In this document: positions 1 through 10,098 of the stretch, in pieces
Numbering within the stretch: the stretch's first letter is position 1
How the letters are laid out: every line of letters starts with the position of its first letter
Assembly (NCBI GenBank): GCA_019244185.1
Contig: JAFATB010000023.1
Location: 448,001-512,000, forward strand
Direction: 5' to 3'
Origin: Acidobacteriota bacterium
GTDB taxonomy: Bacteria > Acidobacteriota > Thermoanaerobaculia > Gp7-AA8
DNA: 64,000 bases
Position numbers and translations under genes: made by a program
Notes under the pieces: model-generated
The model's input: only the letters and a program-made list of their open reading frames with translations
Database searches by the model: none
What the model was told of the DNA's origin: nothing

Positions 1-2
1 AA

Positions 3-65
3 GACCAGATCACCGACGCGCTCGAGGCGAGTCTGGCCGGCATGAAGAGGAAAGCCCGTGGCTGA
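3..65 (+). CDS. 3' end of upstream gene, probably another Ku-like protein (partial)
   Basis: Frame 3 reads DQITDALEASLAGMKRKARG* and overlaps the ku GTG start. 'ITDALEASL' resembles the Ku C-terminal 'DLMxALxxSL' helix. Confidence 0.45.
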   Translation, partial: DQITDALEASLAGMKRKARG

Positions 66-1056
66 CGAAGACGACGACCTCGAACAACCTGCCGGACTGC
101 GCCCGTTCTGGAGCGGCACGATCACCTTCGGACTCGTGACGGTGCCTGTGGCGCTCTTCACCGCGACGCGGCCGCGCGGCGTCTCGCTGCGCATGATCGA
201 GCCGGAAACGCAGTCGACGATCCAGCGGCGCTACGTCTGCTCGAAGGACGAAGAGCCGCTCGACAACGACGACATCGTGCGCGGCTACGAGATCGAGAAA
301 GGGAAGTTCGTCGTCGTCACCGATTACGAGCTCTCGGCGATCGAGCCGCGCAAGTCGCGCGAGATCGACCTGCGCCTCTTCGTCGACCGCGACGAGATCG
401 ATCCGATGTACTTCGAGCGCGCGTACTTTCTCGTTCCCGCCGGCGGCACCAACAAAGCGTACCGGCTGCTTGCGGAGGCGATGCAGCGCACGAAGCAGGC
501 CGGCATCGCCACGTTCGTCATGCGCGCGAAGGAGTACCTCGTCGCGATCCTCGCCGAGAACGGCATCCTGCGCGCGGAGACGTTGCGCTTCGCCGACGAT
601 CTCCGCTCGCCGGAAGACGTCGGCCTCGACGACATCCCGAAGCCCGCCGGCGCCGACGTGAAGAAGTTCGAGGAGCAGATCGCGCGGCACACGAAAAAGC
701 AGGTCGACCTGCACGATCTCCTCGACGACTACACCGAACAGCTCGAGAAGCTCGTCGCGCAGAAAGAGAAGAAGGGCGACCACGTCATCGGCATGCCGGA
801 GGAGTCCAGCGGCGGCGGCGGTGCGGGCGGCGGCGGCGCGGAGGTCGTCGATCTCCTGCAGGTGCTCAGCCGCAGCCTCGGCGAAGCCGGCGCGGTGCGC
901 AAGTCGCCGAAGAAAACGACCACGACGGCGAAGCGCAGTTCGGGGACGAAGCGCGCGTCGAGCACCAAGCGCACGTCGAGCGCCAAACGCGCGTCCGGCA
1001 CGAAACGCGCGCCGACGACGAAGGCGCGGAAGACCGCGGGCGCGAAGAAACGTTAG
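58..1056 (+). CDS. ku: Ku protein (NHEJ DNA end-binding) with basic C-terminal tail
   Basis: RPFWSGTITFGLVTVPVALF, IVRGYEIEKGKFVVV, IDPMYFERAYFL, VVDLLQVLSRSL motifs; Lys/Arg/Ser/Thr repeat tail. Confidence 0.95.
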   Translation: MADEDDDLEQPAGLRPFWSGTITFGLVTVPVALFTATRPRGVSLRMIEPETQSTIQRRYVCSKDEEPLDNDDIVRGYEIEKGKFVVVTDYELSAIEPRKSREIDLRLFVDRDEIDPMYFERAYFLVPAGGTNKAYRLLAEAMQRTKQAGIATFVMRAKEYLVAILAENGILRAETLRFADDLRSPEDVGLDDIPKPAGADVKKFEEQIARHTKKQVDLHDLLDDYTEQLEKLVAQKEKKGDHVIGMPEESSGGGGAGGGGAEVVDLLQVLSRSLGEAGAVRKSPKKTTTTAKRSSGTKRASSTKRTSSAKRASGTKRAPTTKARKTAGAKKR

Positions 1057-1065
1057 GCTTTTCGC

Positions 1066-1848
1066 ATGACCACGAAACCGCTCATCGGCATCGGCTCCGA
1101 CATCAACAGTCCCGCGGGACAGCGCGAGAAAGCGTTCGCGTACCTCACGTACACCGAGGCGCTGCGGCGCGCGGGAGCGATCCCGGTGGTCATTCCGCCG
1201 CAGCCGGAGAACGCGGCCGCGCTCGTCGAGGCGCTCGACGGCGTGCTGCTCGCCGGCGGCGACGACTGCGATCCCGCCGCGTACGGACAGGAGCGCCATC
1301 CGAGCGTCGAGCCGATGGACCCGCGCCGGCAAGCGAACGACCTCGCGCTCGCGGAAGCGGCGCGGCGCCGCGGCATCCCGACGCTCGGGGTCTGCCTCGG
1401 ACTGCAGGTCATCAACATCGTCGCCGGCGGCTCGCTCGTGCAGGACATCGACTCGCAGGTCGACACCGAGATCGTGCACGCCAGCAAGCCCGAGGATCGC
1501 GCGCGGCACGATGTGCTCGTCGAGCAGGGGACGCAGCTCGCGTCGATCGTCGGCGAGCGCGAGCTCAACGTGAACTCCTCGCATCACCAGGCCATCGGCG
1601 ACGTCGGCGCGGGGCTGCGCGTCACCGCGCACGCGCCGGACGGCATCGTCGAAGGTCTCGAGGATCCGCGCCTGCCGTTTTATCTCGGAGTGCAGTGGCA
1701 TCCCGAGGACATGAACGGCGAGGAATCGGCGTCGACGCTCTTCGGCGCATTCATCGAGGCGGCGCGCCGTTACGCCGCGGAGAAGCGCGAGCGCGCGCTG
1801 AAACAAGAGGCCACGGAGCTGTCACCGGCCGTTAGCGAACCGCGCTGA
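1066..1848 (+). CDS. Class I glutamine amidotransferase, peptidase C26 / gamma-glutamyl-GABA hydrolase (PuuD-like)
   Basis: LDGVLLAGGDD, LGVCLGLQ (catalytic Cys), VNSSHHQA, GVQWHPE. Confidence 0.9.
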   Translation: MTTKPLIGIGSDINSPAGQREKAFAYLTYTEALRRAGAIPVVIPPQPENAAALVEALDGVLLAGGDDCDPAAYGQERHPSVEPMDPRRQANDLALAEAARRRGIPTLGVCLGLQVINIVAGGSLVQDIDSQVDTEIVHASKPEDRARHDVLVEQGTQLASIVGERELNVNSSHHQAIGDVGAGLRVTAHAPDGIVEGLEDPRLPFYLGVQWHPEDMNGEESASTLFGAFIEAARRYAAEKRERALKQEATELSPAVSEPR

Positions 1849-1899
1849 GACGCGGAATAGGGGTAGAACACCTCCCGTTTCGACGCGGCGGAGGCCCTC

Positions 1900-2751
1900 T
1901 TGAACCGACGAATCGCTCTGCTCGCCGTCCTGGCGCTCACGCTCGCGCCCTCCACGTTCGCCGCCGGCACGTGGCTCAAGACCGTCGGCGCAGCGCAGAC
2001 GGCCGCGAAAGCGAAGAAGCAGCTCATCCTCGTCGACATGTTCGCGGAGTGGTGCGGCTGGTGCCATCGGTTCGAGCGCGAGGTCTTTCCCTCCGCGATC
2101 TTTCAGACCGCGACCTCCGACATGATCCTGCTTCGCCTCAATACCGAGGACAACGGCGAGGGGACGCAGTTCGCGCGCAAGTTCGGCGTGACGTCGCTGC
2201 CGACGTTTCTCATCCTCGACTCCGACCTCTCGCTCGCCGGCTTGATCCGCGGCTACGCGCCGCCGACGGACTTCGCGAACTCGCTCAAGGACAGCCGCAC
2301 GAAGTACGCGATGTTCATGAACCGCGTGAAGAACGAGCCGAACCTCGGCAAGGACTACATGGCGCGGCTCGATCTCGCGAAAGAGTTCCTCAGCCGCAGC
2401 GCGTGGGACAAGAGCGATCCGCGGCTCAAGAAGCTGATGACGGAGAAGGGCGTGCCCGCCGCGATCCGCGATGAGGCGTACTACCAGCTCGCCGTCAGCT
2501 ACGCGGTGCAGAACAAGAACGAAGAAGGTCTCAAGACCATCCGCGCGCTCAATCAGCTGAGCAAGCAGGGCGAGTCCCTCGAGCGTGCGCTGTATCTCGC
2601 GGGACAGATCTACATGCAGCAGGGCAACCTCATGGCCGCGGCGAACGAGTTCCGGAAGTTCAAGACCACGTTCCCCGCGTCGCCGCTCGTCGAGAACATC
2701 GACGTCGTACTGCCCGAGCTCGAGCGCCGTCTCTCCAACGGCGGAAAATAA
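1900..2751 (+). CDS. Secreted thioredoxin-fold protein with C-terminal TPR/YbgF-like repeats
   Basis: Signal peptide; ILVDMFAEWCGWCHRF (CxxC); helical TPR-like C-terminus. Confidence 0.85.
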   Translation: MNRRIALLAVLALTLAPSTFAAGTWLKTVGAAQTAAKAKKQLILVDMFAEWCGWCHRFEREVFPSAIFQTATSDMILLRLNTEDNGEGTQFARKFGVTSLPTFLILDSDLSLAGLIRGYAPPTDFANSLKDSRTKYAMFMNRVKNEPNLGKDYMARLDLAKEFLSRSAWDKSDPRLKKLMTEKGVPAAIRDEAYYQLAVSYAVQNKNEEGLKTIRALNQLSKQGESLERALYLAGQIYMQQGNLMAAANEFRKFKTTFPASPLVENIDVVLPELERRLSNGGK

Positions 2752-2757
2752 ACCGAC

Positions 2758-4476
2758 GTGAAAAAGCAGCTCGTCGTACTGCTGTTCGCCCTCTTCGCTA
2801 CCCGTGCGTCGTTCGCGCAGTTCGGGATGCCGGACGCGACGCCGAAGGTCACCATCGACGGCTCGCTGCAATCGCGCAACGGCGATGCCGTGACCGGAAC
2901 GATCCGCGCGCACGTCGCCAGCGGATGGCACGTCAACTCGCACACGCCGTCGGAAGAGTTCGCGATTCCGACCGTGCTCACGCTCGAAGGCGCGGAGCTC
3001 GTGAGCGCGCAGTATCCGGCGCACGTCATGAAAGCGTTCGAGTTCACCGGCGGCAAGCCGCTCGCGGTGTACGACGGCACGGTGTCGATCGCGTTCACCG
3101 CGAAGCTGCCGGCGAACGCCGCGAAGTTCCGCGCGAAGCTGCACTATCAGTCGTGCAGCGACCGCGTCTGCCTGCCGCCGAACGATGCGTTTGCCGACAT
3201 CGACGCGAATGCCATCGTTGCCGCGCCTGCGACCACGGTGGCAGCGCCGACGCCCGCAACCGGCAGCTTCACACCGTTGTCTTCCGCGCCGAAGAACGCC
3301 GCGCCGCCGAATCGACTCGCGGAAGCGTTCGCGTCGAAAGGCATGGTGCTGACGCTCGGCCTGCTGTTCCTCGGCGGACTCGCGCTCAATCTCACGCCGT
3401 GCGTCTTTCCGCTCATCCCGATCACGCTCGGCTTTTTCGCGATGCAGAGCGACGGCCGCCGTTCGAGCCGTTTCGCGCTCTCGCTGATGTACGTGCTCGG
3501 CATCGTCATCACGTACTCGGTGCTGGGCGTGCTCGCCGCGATCGGCGGAAAGCTGTTCGGCGCGTGGATGCAGCTGCCGGTCGTGCTGATCGGCTTCGCG
3601 CTGCTGATGCTCGTGCTCGCGTCGTCGATGTTCGGCGCGTTCGAAATCCAGGCGCCGCGCTTCATCGCCAACCAGTCGCAGGGGCGCGCGGGACTGGTCG
3701 GCGCGCTGTCGATGGGACTCGTGATCGGCATTGTCGCCGCGCCCTGCGTCGGCCCGTTCGTCATCTCGCTCATCACGTACGTCGCGCAGCTCGGCGATCC
3801 GTTCCTCGGCGGCTGCATGTTCTTCGTGCTCGGCTTCGGCCTCGGCTTCCCGTACCTCGTCATGCTGAACGCGCTGCCGCGTCCGGGCGAATGGATGCTG
3901 ACCGTGAAGAAGGGGATGGGCTTCGTGCTCGTGGCGATGGCGTTCTACTTCCTCCGCGCGCTGGTGGGCGAGAACGTCTTCCGCTTCGGCGTCGCGGCGA
4001 GCCTCATCATCGGCGCGGCGTATCTGCTCTTCTCGCGCACGCGCGGCGCGCGCGCGCTGCAGCTCAGCGTCGCCGCGCTCCTGCTGGTCTGCGGTGTCGC
4101 GTTCGCGCTTCCGCACAAGGAGAGCCGCGTGACGTGGGAGCGTTACGACGAGCAGGCCATCGCCGCCGCGAAGAACGCGCACAAGCCGGTCATCGTCGAC
4201 TTTTACGCCGACTGGTGCATCCCGTGTAAGGAGCTCGACCAGAAGACGTTCAGCGACGATCGCGTCGCCGCGGAGCTCGATCGCTTCGCGCGTTTCAAAG
4301 GCGATCTCACGACGCCGGACAGCGCGACGACGAAGGCGCTCACGAAGCAGTACGCGATTCTCGGCGTGCCGACGATCGTGCTCATCGACGCGAACGGCAA
4401 CGAGGTCGCGGCCGCGCGTCTGACCGGATACGAAGCGCCGGACGCGTTCCTGCAACGCCTCCGGCAGGTGAAATGA
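2758..4476 (+). CDS. dsbD: Protein-disulfide reductase DsbD
   Basis: N-domain YQSCSDRVCLPP; TM domain LNLTPCVFPLIP and AAPCVGP; C-terminal thioredoxin DFYADWCIPCK. Confidence 0.93.
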   Translation: MKKQLVVLLFALFATRASFAQFGMPDATPKVTIDGSLQSRNGDAVTGTIRAHVASGWHVNSHTPSEEFAIPTVLTLEGAELVSAQYPAHVMKAFEFTGGKPLAVYDGTVSIAFTAKLPANAAKFRAKLHYQSCSDRVCLPPNDAFADIDANAIVAAPATTVAAPTPATGSFTPLSSAPKNAAPPNRLAEAFASKGMVLTLGLLFLGGLALNLTPCVFPLIPITLGFFAMQSDGRRSSRFALSLMYVLGIVITYSVLGVLAAIGGKLFGAWMQLPVVLIGFALLMLVLASSMFGAFEIQAPRFIANQSQGRAGLVGALSMGLVIGIVAAPCVGPFVISLITYVAQLGDPFLGGCMFFVLGFGLGFPYLVMLNALPRPGEWMLTVKKGMGFVLVAMAFYFLRALVGENVFRFGVAASLIIGAAYLLFSRTRGARALQLSVAALLLVCGVAFALPHKESRVTWERYDEQAIAAAKNAHKPVIVDFYADWCIPCKELDQKTFSDDRVAAELDRFARFKGDLTTPDSATTKALTKQYAILGVPTIVLIDANGNEVAAARLTGYEAPDAFLQRLRQVK

Positions 4477-4477
4477 C

Positions 4478-4777
4478 ATGGCCGCACTGACGAGCAAGCA
4501 ACGGCGGTTTCTGAAGGGTCTCGCGCATCCGCTCTCACCGATTGTGCGCGTCGGCAAAGGCGGCGTGACGCAGGCGGTGATCGCGGAGACGCAAAAGTCG
4601 CTCGACGCGCACGAGCTCATCAAGGTGCGCATCGACGTCGAAGACAGCTCCGAGCGGCGCGCGTTCGCCGAACAGCTCGCGACGCAGACCGACGCGCAGC
4701 TCGCCGGCACGATCGGCAAGATCGCGATCCTCTATCGCGAGCGCGACGAAGAGCCCCAGATCGAGCTGCCGGGGTAG
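4478..4777 (+). CDS. yhbY: YhbY (CRM domain) RNA-binding ribosome assembly protein
   Basis: LTSKQRRFLKGLAHPLSP..VGKGG, LDAHELIKV, IGKIAILYR. Confidence 0.93.
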   Translation: MAALTSKQRRFLKGLAHPLSPIVRVGKGGVTQAVIAETQKSLDAHELIKVRIDVEDSSERRAFAEQLATQTDAQLAGTIGKIAILYRERDEEPQIELPG

Positions 4778-4784
4778 CGCGCGA

Positions 4785-5963
4785 TTACTTCTGCGTTCCG
4801 CCGTGCGCGGCCACGGTGACGTGCGCGGCGGTCGATGCGGCCGCGGGCGTCGTCGTCGCGGGCGGGGCGGGAGGTGCCGGAGGCGTGGGGAACTTCAGCA
4901 GCCACGACGCCTCGACGCGTTTGCCGGTCTTCATGTCCGTGCCCCACACGACCGCGCGGTGATAGCGCGCCTTCATCGAGTCGAGCGCGTCGCGGAGCAC
5001 GAGCGTGATCGAGCCGCTGCGAGGATCGTACGTGTACGGAATCGCGGAGCCGAGCGAGAGGAGCGCCATGCCCACCGACTTCGGGTCGAGCTGCTGATAG
5101 CCGGGGATCTTCGCCGAGATCACGGTGACGCCGGCGTCGAGCGGCTTCGTCGGCGCGGGCGTGACGTCGGCGAGCTGCATCGGCGTCGCGCCGAGGTAGT
5201 GGCGGAAGGCGGCAAAATCCATGCGGTCGTCGATCACGAAGCGGCGCATGCGCAGCGGATCGGAGCCGCGACGGACTCTGCCGAAGTCGCACGTCAGCGC
5301 CGCGGAGTAGCCCGCCTGCGCGACCGCCTTCGTCAGCTTCTCGTCGTAGTCGCCGTACGGATACGCGAGGAACGATACCGTCTTGCCGGTCTCTTTCTCG
5401 AGAAGGCGCTTGCTCTCGACGAGCTCGTGCTGCACCCACAACGCGTACTCGGTGTCGTTGAACGAGCCGTGGCGGCGGCGGGTGAGGTACGGATGCGAGA
5501 GCGAATGGCTCTGGATGTCGACGCCGGCGTCGGACATCTCGCGGATTTGCTTCCAGGTCAGCGCGTTCGCGGTCTGCCCGATGATCTTCGGATAAACGAA
5601 CACCGTGAACGGAAATTTGCGTTTCTGCAGCTCGGGGAACGCCTCGGTGTACGTGCTGCGCCAGCCGTCGTCGAACGTCAGCACCACCGCGTTCTTCGGC
5701 AGCGACGCGCGTTTGCCCATCACGTACTCGTACAGATGCTGCAGCGGGATGACGTTGTAGCCGGTCATCTCCAGGTACTGCAGATGCTGGCGGAACGCGC
5801 TGCGGCTGATGAGCATCCGCGGCGCGGACGGACCTTCGACGATGTGATAGCAGATCACCGTCGCGCCGGAGAGATCGGGCGTGGGTACGCTGGGAGGCGC
5901 GGCGAAAGCCGTCGCGGATAGAAGAACGAGAATCGTGGCCAGGTTCGCGCGCCGCGCGGTCAT
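4785..5963 (-). CDS. Secreted polysaccharide deacetylase (CE4)
   Basis: Signal peptide; VICYH, VVLTFDDGW, IQSHSLSHP, LAYPYG motifs. Confidence 0.9.
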   Translation of the reverse strand: MTARRANLATILVLLSATAFAAPPSVPTPDLSGATVICYHIVEGPSAPRMLISRSAFRQHLQYLEMTGYNVIPLQHLYEYVMGKRASLPKNAVVLTFDDGWRSTYTEAFPELQKRKFPFTVFVYPKIIGQTANALTWKQIREMSDAGVDIQSHSLSHPYLTRRRHGSFNDTEYALWVQHELVESKRLLEKETGKTVSFLAYPYGDYDEKLTKAVAQAGYSAALTCDFGRVRRGSDPLRMRRFVIDDRMDFAAFRHYLGATPMQLADVTPAPTKPLDAGVTVISAKIPGYQQLDPKSVGMALLSLGSAIPYTYDPRSGSITLVLRDALDSMKARYHRAVVWGTDMKTGKRVEASWLLKFPTPPAPPAPPATTTPAAASTAAHVTVAAHGGTQK

Positions 5964-6094
5964 GGTGCTCCCGAATTGCCGAAGATCGATGACGTACCGA
6001 AGGTTGAAAACGTGGTCGGGCCCACTGCAACTTCAATGCCCCGGAGTGCGCTGCTTTTCCGGCGGGAACCGACCCGCGGACTATTGTAGCTCCG

Positions 6095-6123
6095 TTGACG
6101 GTTCTTGCGGCCTACAGTAGAGT
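6095..6123 (+). promoter_or_regulatory. Sigma70-type promoter for the 6157 gene
   Basis: TTGACG, 17-nt spacer, TAGAGT; GGAGG downstream before ATG 6157. Confidence 0.55.
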
Positions 6124-6156
6124 CGCCCCTCTTCAACACGGAGGCTTTTCCCACCC

Positions 6157-6876
6157 ATGGACCGTCAACACCGTTACGATCTGAAACACGACAGGTTCGT
6201 CGATGAAATCGGCGCCCTCTCGTCGAAAGCACGCGCCAACCAGCGCCTGCTCCTGACCATCGCCGCCGGCGCGGTACTCATCGCCCTCGTCGCCTTCGGC
6301 GTCTATTTCTACCGCTCCACGCGTGAGGACAACGCCCAGCAAGCGCTCGCCGAGGCGATCGACACGATCGAGGCACCGGTGGATCAGCCGGGACAGCCCG
6401 CGCCGAAGACCGGACCGCACTTCAAAACGAACGAAGAGCGCAACGCCGCCGCCGAGAAGCTGTTCAAGGACGTGCAGGCGAAGTACTCCGGCACCAACGC
6501 CGCCGATCTCGCCGAGCTCTTCCTCGCGCGCATCACCGTCGCGCGCGGCGACAGCGCCGGCGGCCGCAAGATGCTCGAGTCGTTCATCGACGATCACAAG
6601 AAGAGCATCCTCGTCGGCGGCGCGCGCTACAGCCTCTATCAGCTGCGCATCGACAACGGCGAAGCCGCGCAGGTGACCGTCGAGCTGAACGCCGAGATGG
6701 CGAAGGCCGATCCGGTTCTGCCGGGCGACTCGATCCTCTCGCTCCTCGCGCATGCGTACGAGGTGCAGGGCAACCCGGCCAAAGAGCGCGAGGCGTATCG
6801 CCGCATCGCGAACGAGTTCCCCGACTCGCCGTACGCCGTCGACGCGCAGCGCAGAGCGGGAATGGGACCGGCGTAG
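6157..6876 (+). CDS. Membrane-anchored TPR protein (YfgM-like)
   Basis: RYDLKHDRF N-terminus, one TM helix, TPR-like helices ending YRRIANEFPDSPYA. Confidence 0.75.
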   Translation: MDRQHRYDLKHDRFVDEIGALSSKARANQRLLLTIAAGAVLIALVAFGVYFYRSTREDNAQQALAEAIDTIEAPVDQPGQPAPKTGPHFKTNEERNAAAEKLFKDVQAKYSGTNAADLAELFLARITVARGDSAGGRKMLESFIDDHKKSILVGGARYSLYQLRIDNGEAAQVTVELNAEMAKADPVLPGDSILSLLAHAYEVQGNPAKEREAYRRIANEFPDSPYAVDAQRRAGMGPA

Positions 6877-6900
6877 CATGCGGGCGCGCTCCGCGCTCGC

Positions 6901-8022
6901 ATGAACGCACTCGCGACCGTCGTCCTCATCCTCTGGCTCCTCGCCCTCGGGCGAACGATTCTCAACCTGCTCTTCGTCCCGCGGCTGCGCGCGGCCAGTC
7001 CCGCGCGCACGCCGCTCGTGTCGGTGATCGTCCCCGCGCGCGACGAAGAACGCGCCATCGGACGTTCGGTGCGCGCGCTCCTCGCGCAGACGTATCCCGC
7101 GCTCGAGGTCATCGTCGTGAACGATCGCTCGGTGGATGACACCAGCGCGATCCTCGCCGCGATCGACGATCCGCGCCTCGTCGTGGTGAAAGGCGAAGAT
7201 CCGCCCACGAGCTGGCTCGGCAAACCGTGGGCGCTGCATCAGGGCAGCCTTCGCGCGCGCGGCGAGCTGCTGCTGTTCGTCGATGCCGACGTGCTGTACG
7301 AAGAAGGCGCCGTTTCCGCCGCGGTGGCGCAAATCGAATCGCGCGGCGCGGCGCTGCTCGCGCTGTTCCCGCGCTTCGTCATGCGCGGCGCGTGGGAGCA
7401 CATCGCCATGCCGAACCTGCCGCTGACGGCGTTCGTCGTGCTGCCGCTGTGGCTCGCCAACCGGACGCGCATCCGGACGCTCGCGATCGGAGGCGGCCCG
7501 GGGAATCTCATCCGCCGCGCCGACTACGACGCCGCCGGCGGACACGAGGCGCTGCGCGACGCCGTCGTCGACGACATCGCGCTCGCGCGTCTCGTGCGGC
7601 GCGCGGGCCGCCGCACGGAGATCGTGCGCGCCGACGACTTCGTCTCCGTGCGCATGTACCACGGCCTGCGCGAGATCGTCGGCGGCTTCACGAAGAACTT
7701 CTTCGCCACGCTGAGCCGCAACTATGTCGCGGCCGCGCTGTCCGCCGTGCTTCTGCCGCTGATGTGGATCGCGCCGTACGCCGGCGCGTTCGCGGGCAAC
7801 CGCATCTGGCTCGCGGCGCTCATCGCGATGACGCTCGTGCGCGTCGTGCTCTTCGCCGCCCTCGGCTATTCGATCGCGAGCGCGCTCTTCGGTGCGATTC
7901 CGATGGCGCTGGTGTGGCTCTGGATTCTCGTGCGCTCGACGTGGAAGACCGGCATTCGCCGCCAGCTGGACTGGCGCGGCCGCACGTACGACGCGAGCCG
8001 CACGCGCTTCGGCGCGGACTGA
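6901..8022 (+). CDS. GT2 family membrane glycosyltransferase
   Basis: VSVIVPARDEE, VNDRSVDDT, WLGKPWAL, LFVDAD, VDDIALAR, RMY motifs; C-terminal TMs. Confidence 0.9.
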   Translation: MNALATVVLILWLLALGRTILNLLFVPRLRAASPARTPLVSVIVPARDEERAIGRSVRALLAQTYPALEVIVVNDRSVDDTSAILAAIDDPRLVVVKGEDPPTSWLGKPWALHQGSLRARGELLLFVDADVLYEEGAVSAAVAQIESRGAALLALFPRFVMRGAWEHIAMPNLPLTAFVVLPLWLANRTRIRTLAIGGGPGNLIRRADYDAAGGHEALRDAVVDDIALARLVRRAGRRTEIVRADDFVSVRMYHGLREIVGGFTKNFFATLSRNYVAAALSAVLLPLMWIAPYAGAFAGNRIWLAALIAMTLVRVVLFAALGYSIASALFGAIPMALVWLWILVRSTWKTGIRRQLDWRGRTYDASRTRFGAD

Positions 8023-8054
8023 CGCGGGAATGCGGGTTTGTTCTCATCAGTGAG

Positions 8055-9047
8055 ATGAACCCTCTTCACGGAATCGACGAGGCGGCGTCTCTCACGCCGC
8101 CGTTTGCTCCTCCCACCGAAGACGAAGCGATCCTCGACGCGTACTCGCGCGCGGTGATCGGCGCCACCGAGCGCATCATGCCGTCGGTCGTGAACATCGA
8201 CGTGCACGCGCAGCGCGGGCGCGGCGGCGGCTCCGGCTTCCTCTTCACGCCGGACGGCTTCGTCATGACGAACTCGCACGTCGTGCACGGCGCGACGAAG
8301 CTCGAGGTCGCGCTCGCCGACGGCACGCGCTGCGGCGCTACGCTCGTCGGCGACGATCCGCATACCGATCTCGCCGTCATCCGCATCGAAGGCCCGCGCC
8401 AGCCGGCCGCGCAGCTCGGCAACTCCGACTCGATCCGCATCGGCCAGCTGGTCGTGGCCGTCGGGAATCCGTTCGGCTTCCAATGCACCGTCACCGCCGG
8501 CGTCATCAGCGCGCTGGGCCGCACGATGCGCGCGCAGAGCGGCCGCGTCATCGACAGCGTCATCCAGACCGATGCCGCGCTGAATCCCGGCAACTCCGGC
8601 GGACCGCTCGTCAACGCGCGCGGCGAAGTCGTCGGCGTGAATACGGCGGTCATTCGTCCCGCGCAGGGGATCTGCTTCGCGATTCCGGTCAACACCGCGA
8701 CGTTCGTCGCCGCGCGACTCATCCGCGACGGCCGCATCACGCGCAGTTGGATCGGCCTCGGCGGCCAGAATGTGCCGCTGCTCACGCGCGTCGTCCGCTT
8801 CTACGATCTGCCGGTCGCGAGCGGCATCCTCGTCGTCTCGGTCGAGCCCGACGGACCGGCCGCGAAGGCCGGGCTCGCCGAAGGAGACCTCATCGTCGGC
8901 TTCGATGAAACGCCGATCGCGAGCATCGACGATCTGCATCGGCTGCTCACCGAAGAGTACGTCGGCGTGAGCGCGGAGCTGACCGTCATCCGCCGCACGG
9001 AACGGCTGTCGCTGACGGTCGTTCCGCTGCCGGCCGGCGACCGGTGA
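8055..9047 (+). CDS. HtrA/DegP-like trypsin serine protease with PDZ domain (no signal peptide)
   Basis: TNSHVV, DLAVIR, IQTDAALNPGNSGGPL; C-terminal PDZ. Start placed at ATG 8055, not the GC-artefact upstream extension. Confidence 0.9.
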   Translation: MNPLHGIDEAASLTPPFAPPTEDEAILDAYSRAVIGATERIMPSVVNIDVHAQRGRGGGSGFLFTPDGFVMTNSHVVHGATKLEVALADGTRCGATLVGDDPHTDLAVIRIEGPRQPAAQLGNSDSIRIGQLVVAVGNPFGFQCTVTAGVISALGRTMRAQSGRVIDSVIQTDAALNPGNSGGPLVNARGEVVGVNTAVIRPAQGICFAIPVNTATFVAARLIRDGRITRSWIGLGGQNVPLLTRVVRFYDLPVASGILVVSVEPDGPAAKAGLAEGDLIVGFDETPIASIDDLHRLLTEEYVGVSAELTVIRRTERLSLTVVPLPAGDR

Positions 9048-9095
9048 GGAACGGGAAATATGATAGATTTCTGACGGTTCTCACGCAGACGCACT

Positions 9096-9863
9096 ATGTC
9101 CAAACCTGCCGAACGGTACACCCGCATCCTCGATCAGCTCATCGGTCCCTTCGACCTCAGCCACGACTTCGGACGCAAAGGCGCGTACGAGGCCGCGATC
9201 GACTATGCGCGGCAGAATCTCATCGACGATCCGCACTGCAACGAGTTCCTGCTCGCCGCCGCGAAACGCCTCGGCTTCGCCGCCATCACGCGCGAGGCGC
9301 TCGAGAGCCGCATCAAGCTGCCGAAAGAAGCGTGGCTCGACGTCTGGATCTCCGACGAGGACGATGAGGTCGCGCTCACCGGCACGCGCGAGGGCATCCA
9401 GTACCTGATCGATCTCCTCACGCAGCTGCGCGATGCGAGCGATCCCGAACAGCACATCCACCTCGACCGCGGCGCGCTGCCGATGACGGAGAACTCCGCG
9501 AACCTCGTCCTCTTTAAGGAAGACGAGACGTGGTTCACCGGCGTGGCCGGCGAAGGCGCGCAGGATTTCCCCGAGCGCGAGATCGATCCGAAGTCGATCT
9601 ATGCGATCCAGTTCATCCACTATCCGCCCGACGATCTCCCCATCAGCGCGCACCGTCTCTATCGCGTGCTGAAGGTGGAAGAAGACCGCGGCAACGCGTC
9701 GAACATCAAGGAATTCGGCGAAGGCAGCGAGACGCGCTATTACCGCTTCACGTTCCTCGCCGACAATGACGAGCGCTTCACGTACACCTTCCACCTCGAC
9801 GACCCGGCCGTGAACTACTTCACGCATCGCGAGATCCTCTCGCTGGCGATGAAGGCCGTTTAA
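9096..9863 (+). CDS. Hypothetical acidic protein with an Imm32-like central segment
   Basis: Typical codon usage; EVALTGTREGIQYLIDLLTQL...HIHLD resembles the Imm32 pattern. Confidence 0.7.
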   Translation: MSKPAERYTRILDQLIGPFDLSHDFGRKGAYEAAIDYARQNLIDDPHCNEFLLAAAKRLGFAAITREALESRIKLPKEAWLDVWISDEDDEVALTGTREGIQYLIDLLTQLRDASDPEQHIHLDRGALPMTENSANLVLFKEDETWFTGVAGEGAQDFPEREIDPKSIYAIQFIHYPPDDLPISAHRLYRVLKVEEDRGNASNIKEFGEGSETRYYRFTFLADNDERFTYTFHLDDPAVNYFTHREILSLAMKAV

Positions 9864-10098
9864 TCACGGTCGTCGTTCCCGCACAGAACTGTAGGAATGC
9901 GCCGCCTCAATGGAGGTGTGTCTGCCCGCTTTTCTTCAGCGGGTAGGGAAATCAGGCGTGCCGTCACTCCTTAAAGCGAGAGTGCTCTGAGACAAGAGGA
10001 AGTGTCGCTGTGTGCCGGCGACCGCGACTGCGACCGGCACCCATGATTCGTTCCGAAGGTCGTATTGGCGCGCTGCGGCGCCAAAAAGGAGCAACGAC

